Notes under the pieces: generated by a model
The model's input: only the letters and a program-made list of their open reading frames with translations
Told to the model about the DNA's origin: nothing
Database searches by the model: none
In this document: positions 18,632-27,230 of the stretch, piece after piece
Numbering within the stretch: the stretch's first letter is position 1
How the letters are laid out: each line of letters begins with the position of its first letter
Translations under genes and position numbers: made by a program
NCBI GenBank assembly: GCA_964478715.1
Contig: CAYZIY010000006.1
Span: 23,186-87,185 of the forward strand
Direction of reading: 5' to 3'
DNA from: an uncultured Planctomycetales bacterium
GTDB taxonomy: Bacteria; Omnitrophota; Gorgyraeia; Zapsychrales; JBDRMG01
Length of the DNA stretch: 64,000 nucleotides

Positions 18632-20055
18632 AAAGATGGTTTCTGTTTGCGCCAGTTTGTTTTCTGTTCATAAGCATAAGCAACGTTAAACATTGTTGGC
18701 TCATCAAATGGTTTCGCCATAATTTGTAATCCGATCGGCATATTTTTATGATCAAATCCGCAAGGCAAAGAAAGCGCGGGGATACCGGCCAGATTGGCTG
18801 AGATCGTGTAAATATCCGAAAGATACATCGCTAGAGGATCTGACGACCTTTCTCCAATTTCGAAAGCGGTTGTCGGTGAGGTGGGGGTTACAATCACGTC
18901 TAATTCCTTAAAAGCTTGATCAAAATCGCTTTTGATTAGCGTGCGGACTTTTTGAGCTTTCAAATAGTAGGCATCATAATAACCGGAGGACAAGGCATAA
19001 GTTCCAAGCATAATTCTTCGCTTAGCCTCGCTTCCGAACCCTTGTCCTCTTGTTTCTTCATAGAGATCGATGATCGGAGTGCGTCTTTGCCGTTGGGGGT
19101 AGCATCTAAGACCATATTGGACACCATCAAATCGGGCCAAATTCGAACTGGCTTCGGCTGTGGCTAAAATATAATATGTGGCCACTGCATATTCGGTATG
19201 CGGCAATGAGATATCGATCAGCTGGGCCCCTTGCGTCTTAAGAACATCCATTGCTTGGTTCACGGCTTGCCTGACATCATTGCTGAGTCCTTCGACAAAA
19301 TATTCTTTAGGAAAACCGATTTTAAGTCCCTTGATGTTGGGGTTCAACATTTCACTGTATTGAGGGACGGGAAAATCAACGGAAGTCGAATCTTTAGGGT
19401 CGTATCCGGCAATGATTTCTAAAAGCAATGCTGCATCTTTTATATTCTTTGTGATCGGACCGATTTGATCCAGGCTGGATGCGAAGGCAATGAGGCCGTA
19501 TCTCGAAACTCGTCCGTAAGTTGGCTTGACGCCGATGACTCCGCAAAAAGAAGCTGGCTGACGAATAGAGCCTCCGGTATCTGATCCAAGAGCCCAAATA
19601 GCCTCGTCTGCGGCGACGGCAGCAGCGGATCCGCCGGACGAGCCTCCGGGAACGCAATTGATATTCCAAGGGTTTCGCGAAGGACCCTCACAGGAATTTT
19701 CAGTGGATGAGCCAAAGGCAAATTCATCCATATTGGCATATCCCATCGGGAGACAGGATCTTTCTTTCAGTTTTTCAATAACAGTTGCATCATAAGGAGA
19801 GCGGAAATCATTGAGAATCTTTGAAGCGCAGTTAGGAATTCGGTTTTTAATACAAATATTGGCTTTGACTGCAATCGGTAATCCCGGCTCGTTTCTGTTT
19901 TCGATGGGGTCTTCGAAAACTTCCAGAAAGGCCTTGATTTTCTTCTCTCTGACATCGATTGCTTCTTTGATAGAAGTATAAATCTCTGAAGAAGTCGTGC
20001 TTTTGTTCTGAAGCTGATTCAAGAGTTCGCAAGCGGTTTGTTGATGAAGTTTCAT
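18628..20055 (-). CDS. gatA: Glu-tRNA(Gln) amidotransferase subunit A
   Basis: Amidase signature GGSSGGSAAAVAA. Its start overlaps the gatC stop by 4 nt. Confidence 0.95.
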   Translation of the reverse strand: MKLHQQTACELLNQLQNKSTTSSEIYTSIKEAIDVREKKIKAFLEVFEDPIENRNEPGLPIAVKANICIKNRIPNCASKILNDFRSPYDATVIEKLKERSCLPMGYANMDEFAFGSSTENSCEGPSRNPWNINCVPGGSSGGSAAAVAADEAIWALGSDTGGSIRQPASFCGVIGVKPTYGRVSRYGLIAFASSLDQIGPITKNIKDAALLLEIIAGYDPKDSTSVDFPVPQYSEMLNPNIKGLKIGFPKEYFVEGLSNDVRQAVNQAMDVLKTQGAQLIDISLPHTEYAVATYYILATAEASSNLARFDGVQYGLRCYPQRQRRTPIIDLYEETRGQGFGSEAKRRIMLGTYALSSGYYDAYYLKAQKVRTLIKSDFDQAFKELDVIVTPTSPTTAFEIGERSSDPLAMYLSDIYTISANLAGIPALSLPCGFDHKNMPIGLQIMAKPFDEPTMFNVAYAYEQKTNWRKQKPSL

Positions 20056-20384
20056 TCAACCACCCTGGGAACTTTAAAGAAGTCTTGATGCATGTCTTTT
20101 GCCATTTTTTTGATCTCAGTGATATCGAGAGACGGTTTGAGAGTGTCCGGGCGATAAACGTTTTTTAGTGGCAAGACATGGCTGGTTGGCTCAACTCCGG
20201 ACACATCAAGCTTATTGAGCTTCTCGACATACGTCAAGATATCCTCAAGCGTCTTTTTCAGCTGAATGATTTCTTCATCTTTAAGATGAATTCTGGAAAG
20301 ATGTGAAATATATTCAACGTCTTTTTTAGTTATCTTTTCTTGATTCATAAGACTAATATAATAACATCGTAAATGGCTTAGCAC
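20052..20384 (-). CDS. gatC: Glu-tRNA(Gln) amidotransferase subunit C
   Basis: About 110 aa, with ISHLSRIHLKDEE, and positioned immediately upstream of gatA. Confidence 0.8.
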   Translation of the reverse strand: MLSHLRCYYISLMNQEKITKKDVEYISHLSRIHLKDEEIIQLKKTLEDILTYVEKLNKLDVSGVEPTSHVLPLKNVYRPDTLKPSLDITEIKKMAKDMHQDFFKVPRVVE

Positions 20385-20392
20385 AAGCGCAT

Positions 20393-20773
20393 CTAAAGCA
20401 ATCGTGACTTGAGATTCTCAGAAAGCGCTGTGGGCTTGAAATCTTTTGTTAAACAAACGAGAGTTACTTCAGCTTCTACGACGAGGCGTTCGGTTTCTTT
20501 CTCTCTAATGGATTGATCGAATATCATACGAGCGGCGGTCACTTTTTTAAGACGGGCATCACATTGGAGAATTTCTCCATAGCAGGCCGGAGATTTATAA
20601 GAAATGTGACATTGGCTGACGGCATAAAGAAAACCCTGCTTGTGGAAATCTTTTACGCTCAATCCGCGCTTTTCCAGAAATTCTGTCCGTGCCTCTTCCA
20701 GATAATTCAGATAGCGCCCATAATAGACCACGCCTCCGGCGTCTGTATCGTGGTAATAAATGCGTTTATCCAT
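20393..20773 (-). CDS. Acyl-CoA thioesterase, hotdog fold (YbgC/4HBT family)
   Basis: YYHDTDAGGVVYYGRYLNYLEEARTEFL motif. Confidence 0.75.
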   Translation of the reverse strand: MDKRIYYHDTDAGGVVYYGRYLNYLEEARTEFLEKRGLSVKDFHKQGFLYAVSQCHISYKSPACYGEILQCDARLKKVTAARMIFDQSIREKETERLVVEAEVTLVCLTKDFKPTALSENLKSRLL

Positions 20774-20782
20774 GGTTCTCCT

Positions 20783-21202
20783 TTAAGGTTGATTTTGAAT
20801 AAGCCAATAGCTGGTTGTTGACCGAAAATTGATTTTGTGCGGCCCGAATAAATTGATATTCTTCGTTGTGAGCATAAGCTGGCGGGCTGTATCCAGCAGT
20901 GTTAAGCTTAAATGATCCCATTGGCGGGTTATTCTCCAGGCCTCAACGATATTATCAGCGATTTCTTTTTCGCTATTGACGCATCGATTCTTCAGCGTTT
21001 GCAAAATCCATTCGAATTCGGCAATCGTTGAGCGGGGAGGTTCCAGAAACTCATCGAGCATGGCTTCTTCCGGATACAAATAGCGCGAGTGCATTAATGA
21101 TAAGCGATAGGCATATGTTTTCGCATTATCTTGTGCCACCGAAACTATTGGCGTCCAAAGGCAACACAACATAAAGAATATCAAAAGCTTATAAAACTTC
21201 AT
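20783..21202 (-). CDS. Hypothetical secreted protein (signal peptide, no recognisable domain)
   Basis: N-terminal hydrophobic signal-like segment ending in AQD. No family recognised. Confidence 0.4.
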   Translation of the reverse strand: MKFYKLLIFFMLCCLWTPIVSVAQDNAKTYAYRLSLMHSRYLYPEEAMLDEFLEPPRSTIAEFEWILQTLKNRCVNSEKEIADNIVEAWRITRQWDHLSLTLLDTARQLMLTTKNINLFGPHKINFRSTTSYWLIQNQP

Positions 21203-21280
21203 ATCGGAAATAAATGTATTAAAATTGAAGAATGATTCATTTTACTCATTGGCAGTGCGCTGTGTCAAGTCTCAAATGAG

Positions 21281-21808
21281 TCATCGTTGTGGATTGCGTC
21301 TGCGCTTGGCAATGAGGGAGAAAAGCAAGCCCAAAAATCCTCCGCCGGCGTTAAAAAGAATATCGCGTAGATCATAATATCTTTGCGGCAAAAGATGTTG
21401 GATTCCTTCATCCAGCCATCCGCAGCCAGCTGTCAAAATAAAAGCAAGGAGATAATGTTTCGCGCGGGGCTGTTCATCATTGAGAGCCCGCAAAATCAAG
21501 AAAGACAGCACTCCATATTGAAGAAAATGAATTTTTTCTTCGGGAATTTTGATGAAGCAGACAATCAAGCCACCAGCTATCAGGATGAGAGTAAGTAAAA
21601 GATAGTTCAAGAGATCGTGGTTTATTCTCTCAATCAGGACAAAGATCAATATGGCCGTTACGGTTAAGAAAATTCCGGCATTGATGGCCGCCGAAAAGGG
21701 AATCGCTTCGCGCAGAAAACCGCTGATCGATCGCGCCAATGGAAGCGTCGCGTAAATAAACAATAACCAAAGGCCGGCAATCATCCATTGTTTCTGTTTT
21801 TTATTCAT
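21281..21808 (-). CDS. VanZ-like family membrane protein
   Basis: Four TM helices and a C-terminal WLDEGIQ...R...D...FNAGGGFLGL pattern reminiscent of VanZ. Confidence 0.5.
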   Translation of the reverse strand: MNKKQKQWMIAGLWLLFIYATLPLARSISGFLREAIPFSAAINAGIFLTVTAILIFVLIERINHDLLNYLLLTLILIAGGLIVCFIKIPEEKIHFLQYGVLSFLILRALNDEQPRAKHYLLAFILTAGCGWLDEGIQHLLPQRYYDLRDILFNAGGGFLGLLFSLIAKRRRNPQR

Positions 21809-22643
21809 GGCCCCCTTTACTTATCCAGATGGATTTTCCGTCCGTTTTAAAAACGATATCTCCATCTTGATCGGTGCGAAAAAAGCGATTTTTAATCTTA
21901 GCGAGATCTTCTTCGCCGGGAATGCCCCACTTGTTTTTACCGGTGCTCATCACCAGCACAGCTTCTTTAAAAGCATTCGCGAATTCCCCGCTAATCGGTC
22001 CGCCATGATGCGGAATTTGGACAACTTTTGCTTTCTTGATCTGAGGATATTCCCTTAAGAGTTCTTGCTGTTGTTCGGGCTGAATATCCGCCGTGAAAAG
22101 GACAGAAACATCTTTGTATTCTAATAAAAGGACCATGGAGCTGGCATTGACGCCCTGGTTGAAGTGTTGAGGATGTAAAACGGTCAAATCGAGATCTCCC
22201 GGAAGTTGGCTGACCGATGTCCCTTTCAATCCAATTTTTACAGGAACATTCTGAGAGCGGATCAGACCCAAAAGCTCTGCATAGCCCTCCTCTGCTCGGG
22301 TGTCACCATTAATCAAAAAATGTTTGACCCTTTTGCTTTCTGCCAGCGGTAAAAATCCTTCGAAATGATTTTTATGCGGATGCGTAATGATTCCCATATC
22401 AATCGGGATAACCTCTTCATTTCTCAAATACGAAAGGAGATGGGGAGCCGATTCTTTTGACCCGGCATCAATCAGGATATTCGCGTGCTCGGGGTATTTG
22501 ATTAAAATGGCATCAGCGTAATCAACAGAAATGAAATGAATAGAAAGATACTCATTCTTATTCGATTGATTTATCGCAAAAATGATCAGAATGATCAAGA
22601 TGCAAATAAGATTAATAACAGGAAACCTATTTTTTATGGACAT
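21801..22643 (-). CDS. ComEC/Rec2-related metallo-beta-lactamase-fold protein (membrane-anchored)
   Basis: ILIDAGS and ITHPHKNH (HxHxDH-like) motifs after an N-terminal TM helix. Confidence 0.6.
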   Translation of the reverse strand: MSIKNRFPVINLICILIILIIFAINQSNKNEYLSIHFISVDYADAILIKYPEHANILIDAGSKESAPHLLSYLRNEEVIPIDMGIITHPHKNHFEGFLPLAESKRVKHFLINGDTRAEEGYAELLGLIRSQNVPVKIGLKGTSVSQLPGDLDLTVLHPQHFNQGVNASSMVLLLEYKDVSVLFTADIQPEQQQELLREYPQIKKAKVVQIPHHGGPISGEFANAFKEAVLVMSTGKNKWGIPGEEDLAKIKNRFFRTDQDGDIVFKTDGKSIWISKGGHE

Positions 22644-23421
22644 AGGGCAATAACATATTGCTTAAATGGATATATTGCTCCAAAGAGATTGTTTGCGGTC
22701 TCTGCCGGGGATCGATGAATATCTTACCCAAGCAATGTTCAAGGACATCTTTTCTGTGATCGTTTTTAAGGGAATTAATAATGGTTTTTCGTCTTTGCTG
22801 AAAAGATTTGCGAACTAAAGATAAGAAAAATTCTTGATTTCTGACGGCCGGAAAAATATTTTTTCTGGGATCAAAACGGCAAAAGCATGACTCTACTTTC
22901 GGCTTGGGTTGAAAAGAGCTGTTCTTGATTTTGAATAAGATCGTGCCCAAGGTGTGGAATTGACAAAAAATACTGAAAGCGCTATAGTTTTTATCTCCCG
23001 CCTTCGCGATCATGCGTTGGGCCAATTCGGTTTGAAGCATCAGGAAGATCTGATTGAAGCGTTCTTTATGCGTAAAAATTTTGGCGATAATCGCAGAGGC
23101 AATACAATACGGAAGATTGGCGATGATTTTAATTTTTTTTGGCAGTTTGTTGAGATCAAAGCGCATAAAATCTTCCTGAAATAAGGTGAAATTTTCCTGC
23201 GGAAATTTTTCTGTCAATAATTTACAGAGACAACGGTCTGTCTCAACCGCATAAAGATGACCTGCGTTCTTTAAAATGGATCCTGTCAGTGCTCCTCGAC
23301 CCGGTCCAATTTCCAAGACCTTTTCGTTTTGACTCAAATCACTTATGTCGATGATTTTCCGGATGATGTTTTGATTGATAAGAAAATTCTGACCCCACCT
23401 TGGTTTGGATTGAGAGCGCAA
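22627..23421 (-). CDS. rsmA: 16S rRNA (adenine1518/1519-N6)-dimethyltransferase
   Basis: GQNFLINQNII and EIGPGRGALT motifs. Conserved surA-pdxA-ksgA cluster. Confidence 0.9.
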   Translation of the reverse strand: MRSQSKPRWGQNFLINQNIIRKIIDISDLSQNEKVLEIGPGRGALTGSILKNAGHLYAVETDRCLCKLLTEKFPQENFTLFQEDFMRFDLNKLPKKIKIIANLPYCIASAIIAKIFTHKERFNQIFLMLQTELAQRMIAKAGDKNYSAFSIFCQFHTLGTILFKIKNSSFQPKPKVESCFCRFDPRKNIFPAVRNQEFFLSLVRKSFQQRRKTIINSLKNDHRKDVLEHCLGKIFIDPRQRPQTISLEQYIHLSNMLLPYVHKK

Positions 23422-23431
23422 AAGAAGTTCC

Positions 23432-24394
23432 TTATGCTTTTGAGAAATTCATGAGCCGATGGGCAAGCACAATAGATTGTTCCATCGATGTTTCATCCGC
23501 TTGATTTTTTCCTGCAATGTCATAGGCCGTTCCATGGGCCGGAGACGTTCTGATGAACGGAAGACCGATCGTTAGATTGACCAATTCTTTAAAATAGAGC
23601 GCTTTAAGAGGGGCGAGCCCCTGATCATGGTACATAGCAATGATCCCATCATATCTTTTAATATGTTGCGGACAAAAGAGTGTATCGGCCGGCAGGGGGC
23701 CTTGCGCGGAAATTCCCTTTCGGAGAGCTTCTCTTATCGCCGGTAAGAGAATGGTTCTTTCTTCATTACCCATGTGGCCTTGCTCACCGGCATGAGGATT
23801 AATGCCGCATAAAGCAATTTTTGGCTTTTTGATTTTAAACAATTTTCTTAAGGCCTGATGAGTTAATGTCAGGGTTTTTAGTATGTTTTTCTTAGAAAGT
23901 TTTTCAGGAATTTGCTTTAAGGGAATGTGCCGGGTGGCCAGTACCAATTTGATGGATTTGGCGACAAACATCATTTCATAATTTTTAATCATAAATGATT
24001 CGGCCAAAAATTCGGTGTGACCCCGAAAATTGTATCCCAGGGAACAGATCATCTGTTTAGAGAGCGGTGCCGTGACCAGAGAATCTATTTTCTTGTTTTT
24101 CAACATTTCGCAGGCTTGTTCCAGATAAGCCATAGCCGCTTTGGCTGCGTGTCGATTTGGACGACCGATGGAAAAAGATTGAGAACTCAGCGGTGAAGGA
24201 TCAATGATTTCAATATTCGGCCTCCTTCTTAATCCGTAGCTTTTTAGCAGGTTTTCGTTTGCGATAACGATAAAATGCGCACCATGACTGAGCGATCTCT
24301 TGTTTAGCGTTTTGACGATAATCTCCGGGGCGATACTGCTCGGATCTCCACCGGTGATTCCGATTGTTTTCTTTTTAAGCATACGTATGGTCAT
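23432..24394 (-). CDS. pdxA: 4-hydroxythreonine-4-phosphate dehydrogenase
   Basis: GITGGDPSSIAPEI N-terminus and HDQGL motif. Confidence 0.9.
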   Translation of the reverse strand: MTIRMLKKKTIGITGGDPSSIAPEIIVKTLNKRSLSHGAHFIVIANENLLKSYGLRRRPNIEIIDPSPLSSQSFSIGRPNRHAAKAAMAYLEQACEMLKNKKIDSLVTAPLSKQMICSLGYNFRGHTEFLAESFMIKNYEMMFVAKSIKLVLATRHIPLKQIPEKLSKKNILKTLTLTHQALRKLFKIKKPKIALCGINPHAGEQGHMGNEERTILLPAIREALRKGISAQGPLPADTLFCPQHIKRYDGIIAMYHDQGLAPLKALYFKELVNLTIGLPFIRTSPAHGTAYDIAGKNQADETSMEQSIVLAHRLMNFSKA

Positions 24395-24413
24395 GCAGAG
24401 TCCTTAAAATTTT

Positions 24414-25403
24414 CTATTCTTTGATTTCAATGTAAGCTTCTTTCTTAAGTTCTTCCAGCCATTGAGTCAAGCGCTTCAGGTACTTTTCTTCATAGATTCG
24501 GGATTGAATCTCATCCTGAACCTCTTCCAGAGTAGCTTGCTGGGCGGGCACCTTCTTAATTATCTTGAAAATGAAGACTCCTGTTTCTGTTTCTATGGGT
24601 TCGGACACTTGCTGAGGTTTTAGGTTAAAAATTATCTTTTCGACTTCCGGCAAGAGCGTGCCTTTTTGGACTGTTTTAATGGAAGGAGAATCCGAATATT
24701 CTTCGATTAATTCAAGAAAATCCGTACCTTGGTCAATTTGAGCCTTAATATTATTGGCCAGCTCAAGGATTTTTGTGCGATCATCATCTTTAAATTGGAG
24801 ATAAATCGAATCAACTTTGGCCTTTGGCGCAATGGCAAACTCATCCTGATGTTCTTGATAGTAAGCGGTGATCTCCTGAGGTTTGATGAATATCATTTTT
24901 CGGACAAAATTATCCAACATATATTTGATCTTGATATCGTCTTTGATTTTATTTTCCAGATCTGTCACCGTTAGGTCTTTCTCGACGACATTCTCCAGAA
25001 AATGCTGCTCACTGGGATATTGCTCTTTGATCTTTTCGATCTTCTGCTCTACATTGCGATCGGGTATCACGAGTTCAAGCCTATCGGCTTCATCCAGGAT
25101 CAACTTCTCTTCGATGAGTCTCTTGAGGCCGTCATTTTGATAATAGGCAATTTGTTGCTGAATCTCTCGCTCGGGGAGACCTTCGGCTTTCAGTCTTAAA
25201 TAAATCGAATTCATGAATGTCCGAAGGTCCTTCATCGTGATCACGTGATTGTTGACGAGGGCAATAATAGCATCTTCCAGCCCCCGGGCTGGATGAGCGC
25301 CTGTCAGAAGGCAGCAGAGGAGAAAAAATAATGCGAAAATATTTTTCATAGTTTTTACACCTTTTTTATTATATGAGTGATTGATTCTTTTAAAAGCCGG
25401 CAA
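24414..25403 (-). CDS. surA: Periplasmic chaperone/peptidyl-prolyl isomerase, SurA-like (parvulin type)
   Basis: Signal peptide, SurA-N-like domain, and position upstream of pdxA-ksgA as in gamma-proteobacterial synteny. Confidence 0.65.
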   Translation of the reverse strand: MPAFKRINHSYNKKGVKTMKNIFALFFLLCCLLTGAHPARGLEDAIIALVNNHVITMKDLRTFMNSIYLRLKAEGLPEREIQQQIAYYQNDGLKRLIEEKLILDEADRLELVIPDRNVEQKIEKIKEQYPSEQHFLENVVEKDLTVTDLENKIKDDIKIKYMLDNFVRKMIFIKPQEITAYYQEHQDEFAIAPKAKVDSIYLQFKDDDRTKILELANNIKAQIDQGTDFLELIEEYSDSPSIKTVQKGTLLPEVEKIIFNLKPQQVSEPIETETGVFIFKIIKKVPAQQATLEEVQDEIQSRIYEEKYLKRLTQWLEELKKEAYIEIKE

Positions 25404-27229
25404 TAAAGATCAAAACCGACGGAAGCTATGTATCCGTGCTGTTGCTCACCCAGTAGATTTCCGGCCCCGCGAATCTGCAAATCTTCAAATGCGATATCAA
25501 ATCCGCTTCCTAAACCGCTATGCTTTTGAAGCGCGTCAAGACGCGTTTTAGAGACCCGTGAAAGATGGGCCCGCGGGGGGGTGATGAAATAGGCATAAGC
25601 CTTATTCAAATAGCGCCCCACTCTTCCGCGCAATTGATGCAGCTCGGCCAGCCCGAATCGATCCGCCCGATTGACAATCAGCGTGTTGGCATTGGGAATA
25701 TCAATGCCTGATTCGATAATCGTTGTGCAAACGAGAATATCAATCTTGCCTCTGAGAAAATCAAGCATGATTTCCTCAAGAAGACGGTTGGGCATCTGCC
25801 CATGGGCAACAGCGACTCTTGTCCCGGGGCAAAGTCTTATTATTATCTTAGCGATTCTCTCGATATCGTCAACTCGATTATGCAAAAAAAAGACCTGCCC
25901 TTTTCTCCTGAACTCTCTTTGCATGGATTCCTTAAGCAGGTCTTCATCAAATTCAACAATATGGGTTGATACAGGAATGCGGTCCTGCGGGGGGGTGGAG
26001 ATCACAGACATATCTTTTGCTCCAGAGAGGGACATGTAGAGAGTGCGCGGAATGGGTGTGGCGGTTAAGGTTAGGACATCAACCAGTAATTTCAAATGCT
26101 TAATGCGTTCTTTGGCGCGCACGCCGAATCGCTGTTCTTCATCAATGACTAAAAGCCCCAGATTTTTGAATTTAATATCACCCGACAACAGGCGGTGAGT
26201 GCCGATGATCATATCGACTTGACCTTGGGAGAGGTCCTCCAGGATTTCTTTCTGCTCCTGTCGGGTGCGAAAACGGCTGAGCATTTCAACGCGGACTGGA
26301 AAATCCTGACAACGCCTTCTAAAATTATAAAAATGTTGTTCAGCCAAGATTGTGGTGGGAACGAGAATTGATACCTGCCGGTTGTCCATCACCGCTTTAA
26401 AAGCGGCTCTCATAGCGACTTCCGTTTTGCCGTATCCGACATCACCGCAAATAAGCCGATCCATAGGAAAAGGCGCCTCCATGTCTTTTTTGACATCTTC
26501 TGTGGATTTGATTTGGTCAGGCGTTTCCTTATAGGGAAATTTCTTTTCAAATTGCGTTTGCCAGGGCGTGTCTTTAGAGAATGCATAACCGGAAAGACTG
26601 GATCGAATCGCCTGCAGGCGCAAAAGTTCGGCCGCAAAACGCTGTATTCTTTTTTGGATTCGGGCTTTGATCCGCTTCCATTCCCCGCTTCCCAGTTTAT
26701 ACAATCTCGGAGGGTGTTTGGAAAAACCGACATATTTTTGAACCAAATGGATATCGTGACGGGGAACGAAAAGCCGGTCTCCTCCCTTGTATTCAATGAT
26801 CAGATGTTCTTTCTTCTTTTCCTGGAGAGAGAATTCCTTAAAACCGATGAATTTCCCGATACCATGATTATTGTGAACGACATAATCTCCCTTTTTGATA
26901 TCGACAAATCCGCTTAAGGGCGTTTCGCTGTTAAAAATGCGTTTTTTGGATTTTTTATTAGCGAGGATGATGACGATCTCATGAGACCAGATGGAATCGC
27001 CTGTTTTAGGGTTGATACTGCGGATGAAGCGGATGATATCATCATCCAGATCTATCCGGATGGGACAGTCAAAATTGGTGGGAAAGATATCAATAATCCC
27101 GCCGCGTTGGGAGAACTCCCCTTCTTTGAAAACTTTCCGTTCTTGCTCATATCCCAAGCTGATGAGTTCGGATTTTATCTGATTTAAATCGATCTGTTGG
27201 TCGACCAGAAGCTTGAGAGACTGAAACAT
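25355..27229 (-). CDS. mfd: Transcription-repair coupling factor Mfd, short form (624 aa; CarD-like RID plus SF2 translocase plus TRG motif; lacks most of the UvrB-homology module and D7)
   Basis: Contains GEFSQRGGIIDIFP, CarD-like GDYVVHNNHGIGKF, helicase motifs GDVGYGKTEVA/DEEQRFG/QLRGRVGR, and a TRG-like tail ending 12 aa after VGFDLYCRLL. The start sits 1 nt from the secDF stop. Confidence 0.8.
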   Translation of the reverse strand: MFQSLKLLVDQQIDLNQIKSELISLGYEQERKVFKEGEFSQRGGIIDIFPTNFDCPIRIDLDDDIIRFIRSINPKTGDSIWSHEIVIILANKKSKKRIFNSETPLSGFVDIKKGDYVVHNNHGIGKFIGFKEFSLQEKKKEHLIIEYKGGDRLFVPRHDIHLVQKYVGFSKHPPRLYKLGSGEWKRIKARIQKRIQRFAAELLRLQAIRSSLSGYAFSKDTPWQTQFEKKFPYKETPDQIKSTEDVKKDMEAPFPMDRLICGDVGYGKTEVAMRAAFKAVMDNRQVSILVPTTILAEQHFYNFRRRCQDFPVRVEMLSRFRTRQEQKEILEDLSQGQVDMIIGTHRLLSGDIKFKNLGLLVIDEEQRFGVRAKERIKHLKLLVDVLTLTATPIPRTLYMSLSGAKDMSVISTPPQDRIPVSTHIVEFDEDLLKESMQREFRRKGQVFFLHNRVDDIERIAKIIIRLCPGTRVAVAHGQMPNRLLEEIMLDFLRGKIDILVCTTIIESGIDIPNANTLIVNRADRFGLAELHQLRGRVGRYLNKAYAYFITPPRAHLSRVSKTRLDALQKHSGLGSGFDIAFEDLQIRGAGNLLGEQQHGYIASVGFDLYCRLLKESITHIIKKV

Positions 27230-27230
27230 C

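Noticed and set aside
25575-25995. Two G7 homopolymer tracts (25575-25581 and 25989-25995) inside mfd as possible slipped-strand phase-variation sites
   Set aside because: On the coding strand they are C7 runs encoding Pro-Pro within conserved helicase regions (ITPPRAH, STPPQDR). The frame is intact and there is no promoter or 5'-end context, so this is most likely coincidental.
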